A stretch of 63,224 nucleotides of DNA, filler included, from Phoronis australis (taxonomy: Eukaryota; Animalia; Phoronida), in the NCBI GenBank assembly GCA_002633005.1. It is 11 parts of 11 records of this genome, joined end to end, with 100 filler letters (N's around TTAATTAATTAA, not from the genome) between each part and the next. Parts side by side here need not be neighbours in the genome. Positions count along the whole stretch, not along the records: positions 35,780 to 41,306 come from NMRA01002321.1; positions 41,407 to 43,901 come from NMRA01000636.1; positions 44,002 to 47,479 come from NMRA01002996.1; positions 47,580 to 50,103 come from NMRA01003633.1; 7 more parts are not named here. The stretch is one strand, 5' to 3'. Below are positions 36,596-49,294 of the stretch, piece by piece. The notes under the pieces are model-generated. The model worked only from the letters and a program-made list of their open reading frames with translations. It was not told the DNA's origin and did not search any database. Within the stretch, counting starts at the first letter, position 1, and every line of letters begins with the position of its first letter. The position numbers were made by a program, and so were the translations under genes.

Positions 36596-37268
36596 TTTAA
36601 ACAATTTTTAGTGCATGGGAGGTGAAAGTTGAACAGCTCTATTTGTATACTTGTAAACACTTCTGAAAAGATTCAAACAAAAATTTCAAACCTCCTTGAA
36701 ATATGGTATATTATCAGTTAGACGGTAATGTTTTATTTTTCTGTATATCAGTCCAACAATTTTAACTTTATTATTGACATTTATGTAATTGTATACATCT
36801 AGTAATTTACAAATATTTCTTCTGTCAAATGTATTGCATGAAAAAAATCAACATTTACCAGGAATATCAATGATTTCAAATCTGCTGATGTGCTTCCAAA
36901 TAAACAACACAAGCAGACACAGCAGCTGGGATGGTTTGCTTTACAGACAGACTACTCACTCCAGTGTTTATCTGACATGGCATTAATGGCGTGACCTCAA
37001 TATGGCGCTCCCCAGGCATTCGGCAATTTCCGTAATGGAATCTGTCTATAACAAGTTTTGTCTACCCCCATACAACCACAGCGCGAGGCCCGCAGCATTT
37101 GACACTTACATAAACAGGTGCCAAGCAGCATTGCCCTCTACTGGAAAGCAACGGAAACTTAATTGAACAACCAACCAAAGTCAACCTTCATCGTTTTGCG
37201 CGAATCTGCTCACTGACCTCTTGACCTATCTAATTAGTTGTTGTTGCAGTTTTGTGACGCTGTGCAAA

Positions 37269-37325
37269 ATGTCTGGTCGGGACAAAGCTGCGGAGCAGTT
37301 GAATGAGTTCAAGCGAAAAAATGCT
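37269..37325 (+). CDS. CAT: Catalase exon 1 (MSGRDKAAEQLNEFKRKNA)
   Basis: CAAAATG start; RDxAxxQL motif of animal catalases; GCT|GTAAGT donor, phase 0. Confidence 0.9.
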
Positions 37326-37852
37326 GTAAGTATTTTATGCTTTAAAAGTGTATCTTCAGAACTACTGCTGGATTTCCTTTGTGTTTGCAAGACTTCTGAC
37401 CCAGTCCCATCGCAGGCTTTTCGTTGACCTGGGCAAGCACTGTGTCTTGACTTACTTAGGTAGGATGCCTGTCGTTATCTTTGACTTGAGGACACAGATG
37501 ACAGATGACTTTGATCGACTGTCGTTGAATTTGAACAATATCACATTACGTGAAATGAAACCACACAATGTGATGATAGGGTTAAATTCTTCATCTGATT
37601 TGTCTTTGTCTCCAAAGGAAATGTTATGTATGAGCCTTGTATTCATGTTTGCCTGGATTGTTACAAAACACAGTGTGATCTGGACGGTCCAAAGTTCAAG
37701 GTACAGTTAATTCATGATTCATTATTCGGAACATTTTCTTTGTAAATCTGTTTGTGTGGCAATGCAAAACTGTTGCTAAACTGAAGTAGTATATATTCCT
37801 TTGTGACCATCACGTGGCAATCTAAGAAAGGTGACATCATGATTTTCTACAG

Positions 37853-38024
37853 GAGGCTGGACGTATGACGACGTCAACGGGCCAGCCAATAGGAAACAAG
37901 AATGCTTCGCTCACAGCCGGTCCAAGGGGTCCTATGCTCCTCTCAGACTTTGTGTATACTGATGAAATGGCTCACTTTGGTCGTGAACGAATCCCAGAAC
38001 GCGTGGTGCATGCTAAAGGCGCAG
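37853..38024 (+). CDS. CAT: Catalase exon 2 (includes [18 protein letters not shown])
   Basis: ttctacag| acceptor, G|GTATTT donor, 172 nt; active-site signature with distal His. Confidence 0.97.
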
Positions 38025-39211
38025 GTATTTGACAGTAGTCTGATCAGTTACACAAATAACCATGTCCCAAAATACCACAAATCAAATGTGGCCTGCGTTC
38101 CGTAGATCCGAGAAACTCATGAAAATGCAAGATCACACACAAGACTTTATGAGATATCGCCATGTATCAAGGGAAATACATGCGATCACACAAGCAGCAG
38201 TCAGAGGTGGGTTCCTTATTTCAAAGTGATTTGAGAACCATTTACTCCCACTAAATAATGCCTGTTAGTCAGTGGGAGTCACTGATTCTCAAATTATAGG
38301 GATTTATCTGTTACCACATAAGCAAAATTTGTCGTATTTACCCGTAAAGCTGCTTATCTGTAATGGTACTAGTCTAACTGATGCTGCGCTGTTACTCAGT
38401 TCCTTGCAATTGACATAATAACATTTACAAACAGTGAGGCTTGGCATATCGAGACTGTGTGTCTCCAACTTGGCTCAGAAGTGTTTTAATGACATAACCT
38501 TTTGAAATCTCTTAATCACGCAATGAGTTTTTCTACATCTGTAAAAAGAGGGGAGTTCTTTTCTGAATCGGTGATATGCACCGCCAAAGTGGATGCAGAA
38601 ATGTGGTCTCAAGGGGTCTGTCACCAGATACAGGCATAGGGGGCACATTAGTCTTTCACTGCAGCAACACAAAATGTTGAGTAGGGGGAATTCGGGCCCC
38701 CTCTGATGTCTTTTCAAATTGAATTTAAAATAGCTTATAGTGTCTGTGACTGTCCAACATCATTTACAGTCAAGTAGGTTCAGTGTTATCTTTATGATGA
38801 GATTAGTTTGCTTGACTGATGAGTACTTGACATTTTTGATTAAAGGACTCACGGCAACATAGGCTTTTTTGCCCACTTTGATATGTGTACTTATTGCATG
38901 ACATTATTTTGTAATAAAATCCTTATTGTATCTAGGATATTATGTGTGTGTAAAAAATGGAATCGTCTTATGAGTTTTAAGTGTTTATTTACTTTGTGAT
39001 AAATGAGTTAATTAATCATTCTTATGGTTGTTTCAGTGAATTTTAGTTAAACTTTATCTAAATGGTTTCATACTGTTCTGACACAAGACAAGATCAAAGG
39101 CAAGTTTGTGATCTTATTTGAAATATCAAATTTGTTTAGAGCGTTAAAATGCTAATGCGACTCACGTTTTTGTTATCAGTTCATAAAATTGCTAATTTCA
39201 CATTCCACCAG

Positions 39212-39322
39212 GTGCCTTTGGTTACTTAGAGGTCACGCATGATATTACAAAGTACTCTAAGGCTGTCTTGTTCCAACACGTGGGGAAAAGAACGCCTCTG
39301 GTGATACGTTTCTCAACTGTCG
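39212..39322 (+). CDS. CAT: Catalase exon 3 ([17 protein letters not shown]...RFSTV)
   Basis: ccaccag| acceptor, G|GTAAGT donor, 111 nt, phase 1/1. Confidence 0.97.
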
Positions 39323-39549
39323 GTAAGTGACTTAATTGTGAAGATGACCGGAAGAGATTGTTAAAATCAGCGGCTTAATCAGAAATTCTAGCCGACACTC
39401 TCAATTTCTCAGTAGAAATTATCATTCTTTTTCACAATGTAGGAAAAATATCTCTAGCAAGTTGGTCATACGACTAGACTGATATTGTTGCACAATTGCT
39501 TCAATTGTGTGTGGTTAGTGCATATGCGTATGTTGCTGTGTCTCTACAG

Positions 39550-39680
39550 GTGGTGAGAAGGGTTCAGCGGACACAGCCAGAGATCCACGCGGGTTTGCCA
39601 TCAAATTTTACACGGAGGAGGGTAACTGGGACCTCGTTGGAAACAATACACCCATCTTTTTCATCAGAGACCCTATCTTG
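39550..39680 (+). CDS. CAT: Catalase exon 4 ([44 protein letters not shown])
   Basis: ctacag| acceptor, TTG|GTAGGA donor, 131 nt, phase 1/0; catalytic Asn in VGNN. Confidence 0.97.
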
Positions 39681-40855
39681 GTAGGATCTGAGTTCTGTTG
39701 TTCTTAATCTTGTTCATGCGCCGCACACTCGTTGTCATCACTTCCAACATTGACGGTCAAGAGATCTCCAAGTCGAATGTATTATGAGATACGAATTAGC
39801 AACCGTTTTCTAGAATTCAAATGTATGCTTACGTAAATTTATTGTATAAATTGAAAATGTAGGGAAATGTGGTCTCTGTCATATAGGACTTGTAAGGAAG
39901 TTGACTTCTTACTTTCTTTTGTACTTTTTAGTTGAAATTTTTATACACATCCAAAATGGCACGAGACCAATCAGATTTTGAAGATGTTGCCAGACATAAC
40001 AGTCATTCAATGATTGTATAAAGCGTGAAGAGCAATTGATAAACGCTATTTTATTCATCAAGGGAATACAATCTGTTATGATATGGCTGTTATGTAACCA
40101 TTGTCACATTTTTACATTTTAGTTTGTTTGGTTGCTATGGCATTGCAGATGAACAGCAGTGCCTTGGCAGAAGTCTTTCTAGCTAACTTTTTTCAGTAAA
40201 TGTCATATGTAGTATTTTCTCTGATCTATCTGTCCCTTTTGCTACTTTATGTTCTTACACATGCGAGATCAGTTTCTGTAATCCAGTCTCTGAACTCTGG
40301 CTCTAACAAGGGTGGAACTCAAGTTCGTAGGTTCACATCAGGTGCAAACTTGAATTATATATTCATTTTTATGTAAATCTTACTGTATTCAAATGGATCA
40401 AAGACCCATAACTTGAGTTCATGCTAAAACTTGAGCAGAAAACGTTGAAGTTTATATTTGTTGACTGAGCCTTGGTCTCGCTCCACGTGACCAAAGATTT
40501 CTGTCATCATCACATGAAATCGGCATTTACAGACCTTGATACATCAAAACGTAGGCTAGTCCAGGTAGTTTACCCCCAAGCTGACTCTTAAGACATTAAG
40601 CAAATTCTAGCTTAGCAAGGTACGCCCCACCCAAGCAGCAAGTCAAGCCTAGTCATTAAAACACGCCCGAGTTAATTAAGTTAATCTTGTTAGAAAGTAG
40701 TGTACCTGTATTTTTTCCACCATATTAGGTTTGTTGCATTGGAAACACAAAGGGTGTGGTAATTCGTTGTTTGCAGGTAATGGGGGGATGAGTGGGGTGT
40801 AATTTGTAAAGGCATTTTATAAGTCATGATCACAGAGTCACTTGTTTACTTTCAG

Positions 40856-41086
40856 TTCCCCAGTTTCATTCACACTCAGAAGAGAAACCCTGTCACTAAC
40901 CTGAAAGATGCCGACATGTTCTGGGACTTTTTGTCTTTACGGCCTGAATCCAACCACCAGGTGTCCTTCCTGTTCTCTGACCGAGGCACGCCTGATGGGT
41001 ATCGCCACATGAATGGCTACGGAAGCCACACTTACAAGTTGGTTAATGCCAAGAATGAAGCGTTCTACTGCAAATTCCACTTTAAA
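40856..41086 (+). CDS. CAT: Catalase exon 5 ([12 protein letters not shown]...[15 protein letters not shown]...CKFHFK)
   Basis: ttttcag-type acceptor (actttcag|), AAA|GTAACT donor, 231 nt, phase 0/0. Confidence 0.97.
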
Positions 41087-41276
41087 GTAACTATCTCACA
41101 GCTTTTACTTGTTTGTTTACGAACGTCCATCATGTCTTGACATGCAATCCTATTCTGACAACTTTATTAAGCAGCACTGCAAATTGTATTGTTATGTTGA
41201 GTTACTATGTTACATCATATAGGTGACGTTAAGGGTAACTCAAGACTGATATTCATGTCTATTTGACCTATTTTAG

Positions 41277-41306
41277 ACAGACCAAGGTATCAAGAATTTA
41301 GTGGAC
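41277..41306 (+). CDS. CAT: Catalase exon 6, truncated by spacer (TDQGIKNLVD)
   Basis: ttttag| acceptor; TDQGIKNL is the expected continuation after KFHFK. Confidence 0.9.
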
Positions 41307-41406
41307 NNNNNNNNNNNNNNNNNNNNNNNNNNNNNNNNNNNNNNNNNNNNTTAATTAATTAANNNNNNNNNNNNNNNNNNNNNNNNNNNNNNNNNNNNNN
41401 NNNNNN

Positions 41407-43901
41407 TGGCCTCCACTGTCTTTCACTGGCCTCGACTGGCCTCCATTGGCCTCGACTGACCTCCACTGGCCTCCACTGGCTTCCACTGTCCTCCACTGGC
41501 CTCTACTAGCCATCACTGTCCTCCACTGGCCTCCACTGGCCTTCACGGGCCTCCACTGTCCTCCAGTGACCTCCACAGGCCTCCACTGGCCTCCACGGGC
41601 CTGCACGGGCCTCCACTGGCCTCCACCGGCGTCCACCAGCCTCCGCTGCCCTCCACTGGCCTCCACTGTCCTCCACTGGCCCCCAATGGCCTCCAAGGCC
41701 TTTCACTTACCTCCGCTGGCCTCCGCTGGCCTCCGCTGGCCTCTGCTGGCCTTCACTGTCCTCAACCGGCCTCCAGTAGCCTCCACTGGCTTCCACTGTC
41801 CTCCAGTGGCCTCTACTAGCCTTTACTGTCCTCCACTGGCCTCCACTGGCCTTCACGGGCCTCCACTGTCCTCCAGTGACCTCCACAGGCCTCCACTGGC
41901 CTCCACGGGCCTGCACGGGCCTCCACTGGCCTCCACCGGCGTCCGCCGGCCTCCGCTGCCCTCCGGTGGTTTCTGCTGGCCTGCGCTGGGCTCGCTGGCC
42001 TCCGCTGGCCTCCGCTGGACTCCGCTGGCCTCAGCTCTCCTCCGTTGGCCTCCCCTGTTCTCCACTGGCCTCCATTGGCCTCCACTGGCCTCCACTGGCC
42101 TCCATTGTCCTCTTCTGGCATCCGCTGGAATACGCTGGCCCCCGCTGGTCTTCGCTGGACTCCGCTGGCCTTCGCTGGCCTCCGCTGGCCTCCGAAGGCG
42201 TCCGCTGGCCTCCACTGGCTTTTACTGGCCTCTACTGGCCTCCACTGGCTTTCACTAGCCCCGACTAGTCTCCATTGACACTGACGGGCTTCCACTGGCC
42301 TCCACTGGCCTCCACTGTCCTCCACTGGCCCCCAATGGCCTCCAAGGCCTTTCACTTACCTCCGCTGGCCTCCGCTGGCCTCTGCTGACCTTCACTGGCC
42401 TCAACCGGCCTCCAGTGGCCTCCACTGTCTTTCACTGGCCTCGACTAGCCTCCATTGGCCTCGACTGACCTCCACTGGCCTCCACTGGCTTCCACTGTCC
42501 TCCACTGGCCTCTACTAGCCTCCACTGTCCTCCACTGGCCTCCACTGGCATTCACGGGCCTCCACTGTCCTCCAGTGACCTCCACAGGCCTCCACTGGCC
42601 TCCACGGGCATGCACGGGTCTCCACTGGCCTCCACCGGCATCCGCCGGCCTCCGCTGCCCTCCGGTGGCGTCCGCTGGCCTGCGCTGGGCTCGCTGGCCT
42701 CCGCTGGCCTCCGCTGGACTCCGCTGGCCTCCGCTCTCCTCCGTTGGCCTTCCCTGGCCTTCACTGGCCTCCACTGGCCTCCACTGGCCTCCACTGGCCT
42801 CCATTGTCCTCTGCTGGCATCCGCTGTCCTCCGCAGGACTACGCTGGCCCCAGCTGGCCTTCGCTGGTCTCCGCTGGCCTTTGCTGGCCTCCACTGGCTT
42901 TCACTGGCCTCTAGTGGCCTCCACTGGCTTTCACTAGCCTCGACTAGTCTCCATTGACATCGACAGGCTTCCACTGGCCTCCACTGGCCTCCACTGTCCT
43001 CCACTGGCCCCCAATGACCTCCAAGGCCTTTCACTTAACTCCGCTGGCGTCCGCTGGCCTCTGCTGGCCTTCACTGGCCTCAACCGGCCTCCAGTGGCAT
43101 TCAATGGCCTCGACTGGCCTCCATTGGCCTCGACTGGCCTCCTCTGGCAACCGCGGGCCTGTGCTGGACAACGCTGGACCCCACTGGCCTCCGCCGGCCT
43201 CCACCGGCCTCGCTGATCTTCGCTGGCCTTCGTGGATTCCGCTGGCCTCCACTGGCCTCCGCCGGCCTCCGTGGCCTCCGGTGGCCTCCGGTGGCCTCCG
43301 CTGGGCTCCACTCTGGCTTTCACTGTCCTCCACTGGCCTCCACTGGCTTTCACTAGCCTCGACTGGTGTCCATTGGCCTCGACTGGCTTCCAGTGGCCTC
43401 CACTGGCCTCCACTGTCCTCCACTGGCCTTCACTGGTCTCCACGGGCTTTCACTTGCCTCCGCTGGCCTCTGCAGGCTTTCACTGGCCTCCACTGGCCTC
43501 CACTGTCTTTCACTGGCCTCGACTTGCCTCCATTGACCTCGACTGACCTCCACTGGCCTCCACAGGCCTCCACTATTCTCCACTGGCCTCTACTAGCCTC
43601 CACTGTCCTTCACTGGTCTCTACTGGCCTCCACTGTCCTCCACTGTCCTCCACTGTCCTCCACTGGCCTCCACTGGCCTTCACGGGCCTCCACTGTCCTC
43701 CAATGACCTCCAAAGGCCTCCACTGGACTCCACGGGCCTGCACGGGCCTCCACTGTCCTCCACCGGCGTCCGCCGGCCTCCGCTGCCCTCCGGTGTCCTC
43801 CGCTGGCTTCCGCTGGACTCCGCTGGCCTCCGCTGGCCTCCACTGGGCTCCGCTGGCCTCCGCTGGCGTCCGCTGGCCTCCGCTGGCCTCCGCTGGCCTC
43901 C
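41407..43901. repeat. GC-rich 10-bp satellite (CTCCACTGGC / CTCCGCTGGC) with higher-order repeat structure
   Basis: About 250 units fill the whole contig. A variant block CTGTCTTTCACTGGCCTCGACT..CTCCATTG.CCTCGACTGACC recurs near 41416, 42426 and 43503. Confidence 0.97.
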
Positions 43902-44256
43902 NNNNNNNNNNNNNNNNNNNNNNNNNNNNNNNNNNNNNNNNNNNNTTAATTAATTAANNNNNNNNNNNNNNNNNNNNNNNNNNNNNNNNNNNNNNNNNNN
44001 NATCCTAGATCCGCCACTGGAACTGTCGGTTTTTTCAAATCCCTGAAGTCATCTCCAGTTCTACTAAGGAAACTTGGGACCAATTTTTCAGCGATAAGTG
44101 ATCTAATTCAAAAGTTATTTTTGTGACGGAAGGCGAGTTTACTAACCGCTTTTGATTCAAGGGAGGAAACGAGAAAGAACGACACAACAAGGAGTGATAG
44201 ACTTCCACTTAGCGAAAGGCTGCGTTCAGCGTTCGATTTTTGAATGGCTGTCGCTA

Positions 44257-44585
44257 CAGTGGTGGTTCTAGGATACCATAAGGGGGAGGGGGCAACATGT
44301 TGCCTCGGGGAACTGGGCAAAGCGCAATTGCATTTGCACAGGAGGGCTGAAAGTTGCAGGAGTCGGGGATGTGGACCTCCTGTTCAGAAAATCTATCTGT
44401 GGAGGACTAAAAAAAAAAATAAAAACGGGGACACGATTCCGCTGAGGTCTGAGCCTCCCCTCATCCGCTACCGGTTCTAGGTTCTAGTTACTAAACTCAA
44501 TATTTCCTCACGCTTCACGCGGGTGCTGTTTCATTTTGCTTGCGGCAACCAATGGGGGGTTCATGCCCCCCCTTAAATCCGCCTT
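44257..44585 (+). mobile_element. hAT-like MITE family (CAGTGGCGGATCTAGG termini); related ends at 44002-44019, 46810, 52410-52496, 57521-57824
   Basis: 44257-44340 matches the reverse complement of 52410-52496 (GATACCATAAGGGG...AACATGTTGCCTCGG..A.TGGGCAA). TSDs not resolved. Confidence 0.6.
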
Positions 44586-44935
44586 TTGAGCTATTTATGT
44601 TTCTGTTTTTGTTTCATCATGATTTTGTCAGAATCGTGAATAGCTGTCGGTGCTCTTCACTGCCTCAACTGCAGCTAACACGATACCTCCCGACATCCAG
44701 GTCGCACTCATTTTCTCCACCGTAACAATCTCATTCTGTTTGCGCCGTGGAAGCCATGGACAGTAGGTACTCTTCTAAATGGCAGTAGTCTGATATAACG
44801 TGTCCGCATTTTAAAACCATTTCCTCCGCTGAATAACGGGCATCAACTGGTTCTCAAAATGCGGGCATGTTATTCATGCAGCTGGTTGGCTCTGACCTCC
44901 TGCGCCTTGTTGGATTAGTCGCGATCGAGCAAAAC

Positions 44936-45930
44936 ATTTATTTATTTATTATTTATTATTGTGATATTTGAAATGAGAGTGGCCTCTTCAGTGACAGCAC
45001 TGCTTTCCAAGAGGGCCCTCAACAAGAAGAACAGTAATATAATACAATGAAGTAATAAAACAACAATGAAATATACGTAACAAAGATACAATTAAAACAG
45101 GTTGAGAATTAAGACATTAACTAAATAACGAATAATGGTAAAAATTTAACTAAGACAGATGAAATAAATTAAGAGATGACTCTATACAGTGAGAGTATTT
45201 ACGACAATGAAAAAATGACATGATTAAGACAGTCAGGGTATAGAAGGTTAGGTAAATTACAGCCACTTTTTAATATTAACTTTAAAGGTAGTGATTGAAT
45301 TGGACCGTTTAATTTCTGGGCTAAGAGAATTCCATATTATAGCAGCTGCATAGATAAAAGATCTCTTGCCCGTCTCGGTTTTAATTTTTTTAGAAGAAAC
45401 ATTGCCAGCAACAGAAGAACGTGTAGAATGTACAGCCTGACTGCTATTGAATTTACTGCTGAGATATGCTGGAGCCAAGCCATTGATACATCTGTTCATA
45501 CAACAGGCAGAGAGATATTTATTTCTTTGTCTTACTTTCATAAATCCCAGCTTGGAATACAAGTCGTCAACCCTAGTTTCCCTAATTCTAGTACCCAGGA
45601 TAGCCCTGGCGGCTCTATTTTGGATTACTTGGACTTTGCTGACAAGTGTGTCACTAGTGTGCCCCCAAACCGGTAAACAATAATCAATATGAGGCTGAAT
45701 AATAGAATGGTAAAGGGTCTTAAGAGTACTGACATTAAGAAATTTGCCTAGACGTTTAAGTACACCGATTTTCTTTTATAATTTCTTTCTGATATGATCT
45801 ATGTGCATATTAAATTTAAGATTGGGATCTAAAATAAGGCCCAAGTACTTAAACTCGTCAACATTCTCGATGGGAGAACCGTTGATAGAAAGGGATAGTT
45901 TTTGTTGTTTTAATTTCTGGTGGGTTGAAG
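44936..45930 (-). mobile_element. 5'-truncated LINE (L2/Crack/CR1 group): RT C-terminus, 3' UTR and (TAAA)n tail
   Basis: IENVDEFKYLGLILDPNLKF..HI, LYHSIIQPHIDYCLPVWG, QNRAAR.IL, NGLAPAYL, GKRSFIY.A..WNSL..FK..KKWL* (stop at 45257); AATAAATAAATAAA tail at 44936-44958. Confidence 0.9.
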
Positions 45931-47070
45931 ATGAATTAAGTTTTATGATGAAATGGTAAAATTTTTAGCTTCCTACAAATAATCTCACCGAGCACGAATG
46001 GACTCAGAACTAACCTCACAACCATTTTAGGACGTAAGCGAAAGCGCAAACTTGTCCATTCGTTAGAACTTTGGTCAAGATTCGATCTCGGCCCTGGGTC
46101 TAATCTATGAACTTGAACTCTGAATTATTTTTGCCATTTTTGTTCTACTCGAAGTAGTGTACGATTCAGTGTGGCCACGAGTATACTTCGGTTTAATTAA
46201 TGAATACTTTCTACCTAGTTCGCGGCATTTGATGATCCAAGCATTAAAACGGCAGATCACTTTTACGGCCGAAAAGCGAATATTTGTTACTATTGTTGGA
46301 TGGGATAGACTTTTTAAAGCTATTAGCCTTGATCAGAGCTATAAAACAATGGAATCTGTTGTTTTTGTGATTTTATTTCGAATAGCGAATTCTCGCCATG
46401 GTCTGTCACACATTCGCTAAAATCAAGGTTAGTGATTGTACTATTTAATTAAAGTACTGACGTTCAAAGAGCGTGATTTAGGTCAGCTAAGAAAATGGTT
46501 GATTGCGCGCTAATCTCAGCAAATCACTCTTTGCTTGATTTTGTGTCTCAGCTCGAAATCTCTAGTTTAATATGCCAGTAAACCCGAGCGCCCTGTCAAA
46601 AAACGAATTTTGATTTAGGTTATTTACCATAGTAAAATTGTTCTTATCTCGTTACATACTCGGTTCAAAAGTCCTCTCTGGGTGCAATGGGTTCCTTACT
46701 AGTAGGAGACTCGCTAGAAACCTGAGTGTGGTCACATGCTTAGATAACAACGAATGGCGATATCTCGCGAAGTGGTGTTGCGTTTACGGAACGCAGTCGT
46801 GGTCAAATGCAGTGGCGGATCTAGGATATCACAAGGGGGGGGCCAACTTTTTGTCCGGCTGTAAACATTTGCGCAAACTGAACCACGATTGTAGATGCGC
46901 ATAGCACCAAATGGGGGGAGGTCGGGAGGGGGGTTTGCCCCCTCCCGCCCAGGAAATTTTTCTGTTTTGACCTCTAAAAATCAAGTATTTTCCTTGATTC
47001 CTGAAGTATTAACCAAGAAAAAAAGGCAAACAAAAAACACGGAGAACGTGTGAAACAGGAAAAACTGCAA

Positions 47071-47136
47071 GTACCAAAGACTCGAACTCACGACCTTGCG
47101 CATAGAGCGCGCGTGCGTTACCACTACACCACCACG
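47071..47136 (-). pseudogene. Degenerate tRNA-like sequence (tRNA pseudogene or SINE head) inside a MITE-type repeat
   Basis: GTGGTGTAGTGGTAA (A box) ... GGTCGTGAGTTCGAGTC (B box/T arm). Anticodon loop shortened and acceptor stem poor. Confidence 0.55.
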
Positions 47137-49294
47137 ATTTAGCTACTAATCTCATACTAAGAGACGTACTTGTTTATGGTCCACAGCGTTTGCGTGCGAA
47201 ACCTACTTCTTTTTGTAATGCTTATTACATGTTTTGTGCCATCGATTCTTAACAAATTTGTCGTATTTAAAATAGTCTTAAAATACCCAAAAGACCAAAT
47301 CCGTTATTCGTGTTGGCAATAATGACCGGGGATTGCTTTGGAAATCGTCTTAACATGAGGTTTGACAAAGAGAGCATTGCGAGTTTCTGAGTGATTCACT
47401 ATATAAGGCTTCTATTAAAATTCCCATCTTACCAGCAGCTTCTGTTTTTTCATCGTCACTCAGGTTCCATTTTCTTTAANNNNNNNNNNNNNNNNNNNNN
47501 NNNNNNNNNNNNNNNNNNNNNNNTTAATTAATTAANNNNNNNNNNNNNNNNNNNNNNNNNNNNNNNNNNNNNNNNNNNNAAACTGATTTGGAGCGCATGT
47601 GGCAGGCTCTGTAACAACATGAAATGTTAATATCACATCAATTTAAGAAAACAGTAGTCATCATTTTCATGGTCATGTGGGTAAACAAGGCCAACTAAAA
47701 ATTTTTATTTATAGATGATTAACAAGTAACTCGAAGAAAATCCATTCCTCGTCAATCATTGACTGCACTTGATTCACTGTGATTCACCAGCTAAAACACC
47801 TGATTAGTTCTTGATAGCGACCTCTGGCTTACTGGCCAATCAGAAGTCTTAGCTGCTTGACTTGGGTGAGCTGTCAGATTGAATCAAGTCCAGGTATTAT
47901 TACAAACATCCCTGGTTTAGCGAATATTCCAGACAAAAGCAGTATTCAAAATCAATATGCAGGCTCCCAACAAATTCTTACGGTGTATTTACATAATTAA
48001 GTAATAATTCCAATTGTGCTGTTCTATATAACTTAAGGGCCTTTCGCATTATGGATTTAGTACGGTGGACTCCCATTCTTTATCCAACACAAGAATTTTA
48101 GACCTAATGTGAAAGGTGATTTAGATACTTGTCTGGTCTAAATTTACTACAATTACTGAAGTTGGGACGCTCGAAAAGGCTGGACTAGCGAGCGGACCAA
48201 AGTGTGTTCGATTACATATGCGCAATGCGAAAGGTTTGGTCTGGACTATTTTACTCAGTCATCCAAATTATCTCTCGAGTGCAGAATTCTCCGCGTCATT
48301 TCACGCACTCTCGACGTTGTTGCTATTTCTGCTTACTCACTGTTCACTGTTCAATCTTAAATTTAAACATTCTCAAAATTAATAGAAGTGGCAATTGGTT
48401 GTTGGATCCCCATCTTGGTACAGCCTAGCGACATNATCTCGTGTTTAGTACGAAGAAGTTTCAAAGTTAGGAGGGTGGGGTGTCAGTCCGAGCACGTGAA
48501 AAGGTAGCAATTTGGTACGGTGTGTTATCATACTGATCTAAAATATGTTCCGGCCACAAACTAGTTTGAACTAACTCTAGTGCAAAAGCAACTTAACAGT
48601 CATCACTGTTCCCCATTCCTAAACATAAAAAACAAATTCTTTTACTAGTACTATTCAAGCCATAAATTCTCAGAATCCTTGGTAAAGGGTGTAGTAACAC
48701 CTCTGACCTGTTTCACTAAAAGTTATTTAAGAATTTAGTCTTACGATACACAAAGGTATTTCTGAAAAATAATCGAATCTCACTCGAGCAAAAGTATTAT
48801 GTCTGTGAGAATATACCTATAGCTGTGACAGTAGTTATCAAAGTAAACTGGACAGACTTCTACAGAATTCTACCAGACTCTGCCAAACTAGGGGTGGACT
48901 TCGTGTAAAATTTATTTTTGGCAATTCAGTTTAAACACATTTTGAGACTACGGTACTCTTCTTTCCAGATGCACTGAGATGTAGCACTGTGATAGGCTTT
49001 TATATGGTTGGAAAATAAAAATCAAACATTCTGACTGGGTGATGTTGAGATTACATGTTGGTATACTGCTTTATGTATTGAGAAGTGCCTTTGTGGCTAA
49101 TAGGTATTGCAATAGCACTTCATGAGATGCCATGTTGAACACCAAAGGGAATTCTTGTGAAATTTTACTCTTTTCTTTTTGGGATGGAGCAAACAGATTG
49201 ACCAAAATTGTCTTGTATCAAATATTAGAAGGTCAAGGTGCGTCACCAAATTTGAGTTGAAACACTGTCAACAGTCGTCACACTACTAAGTAAT

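Noticed and set aside
41355-43957. Many 60-270 aa ORFs on both strands (WPPLASTGLH / EASGGQWRPV repeats)
   Set aside because: By-products of a stop-poor 10-bp satellite; open in several frames and strands, with indels that ignore codon phase.
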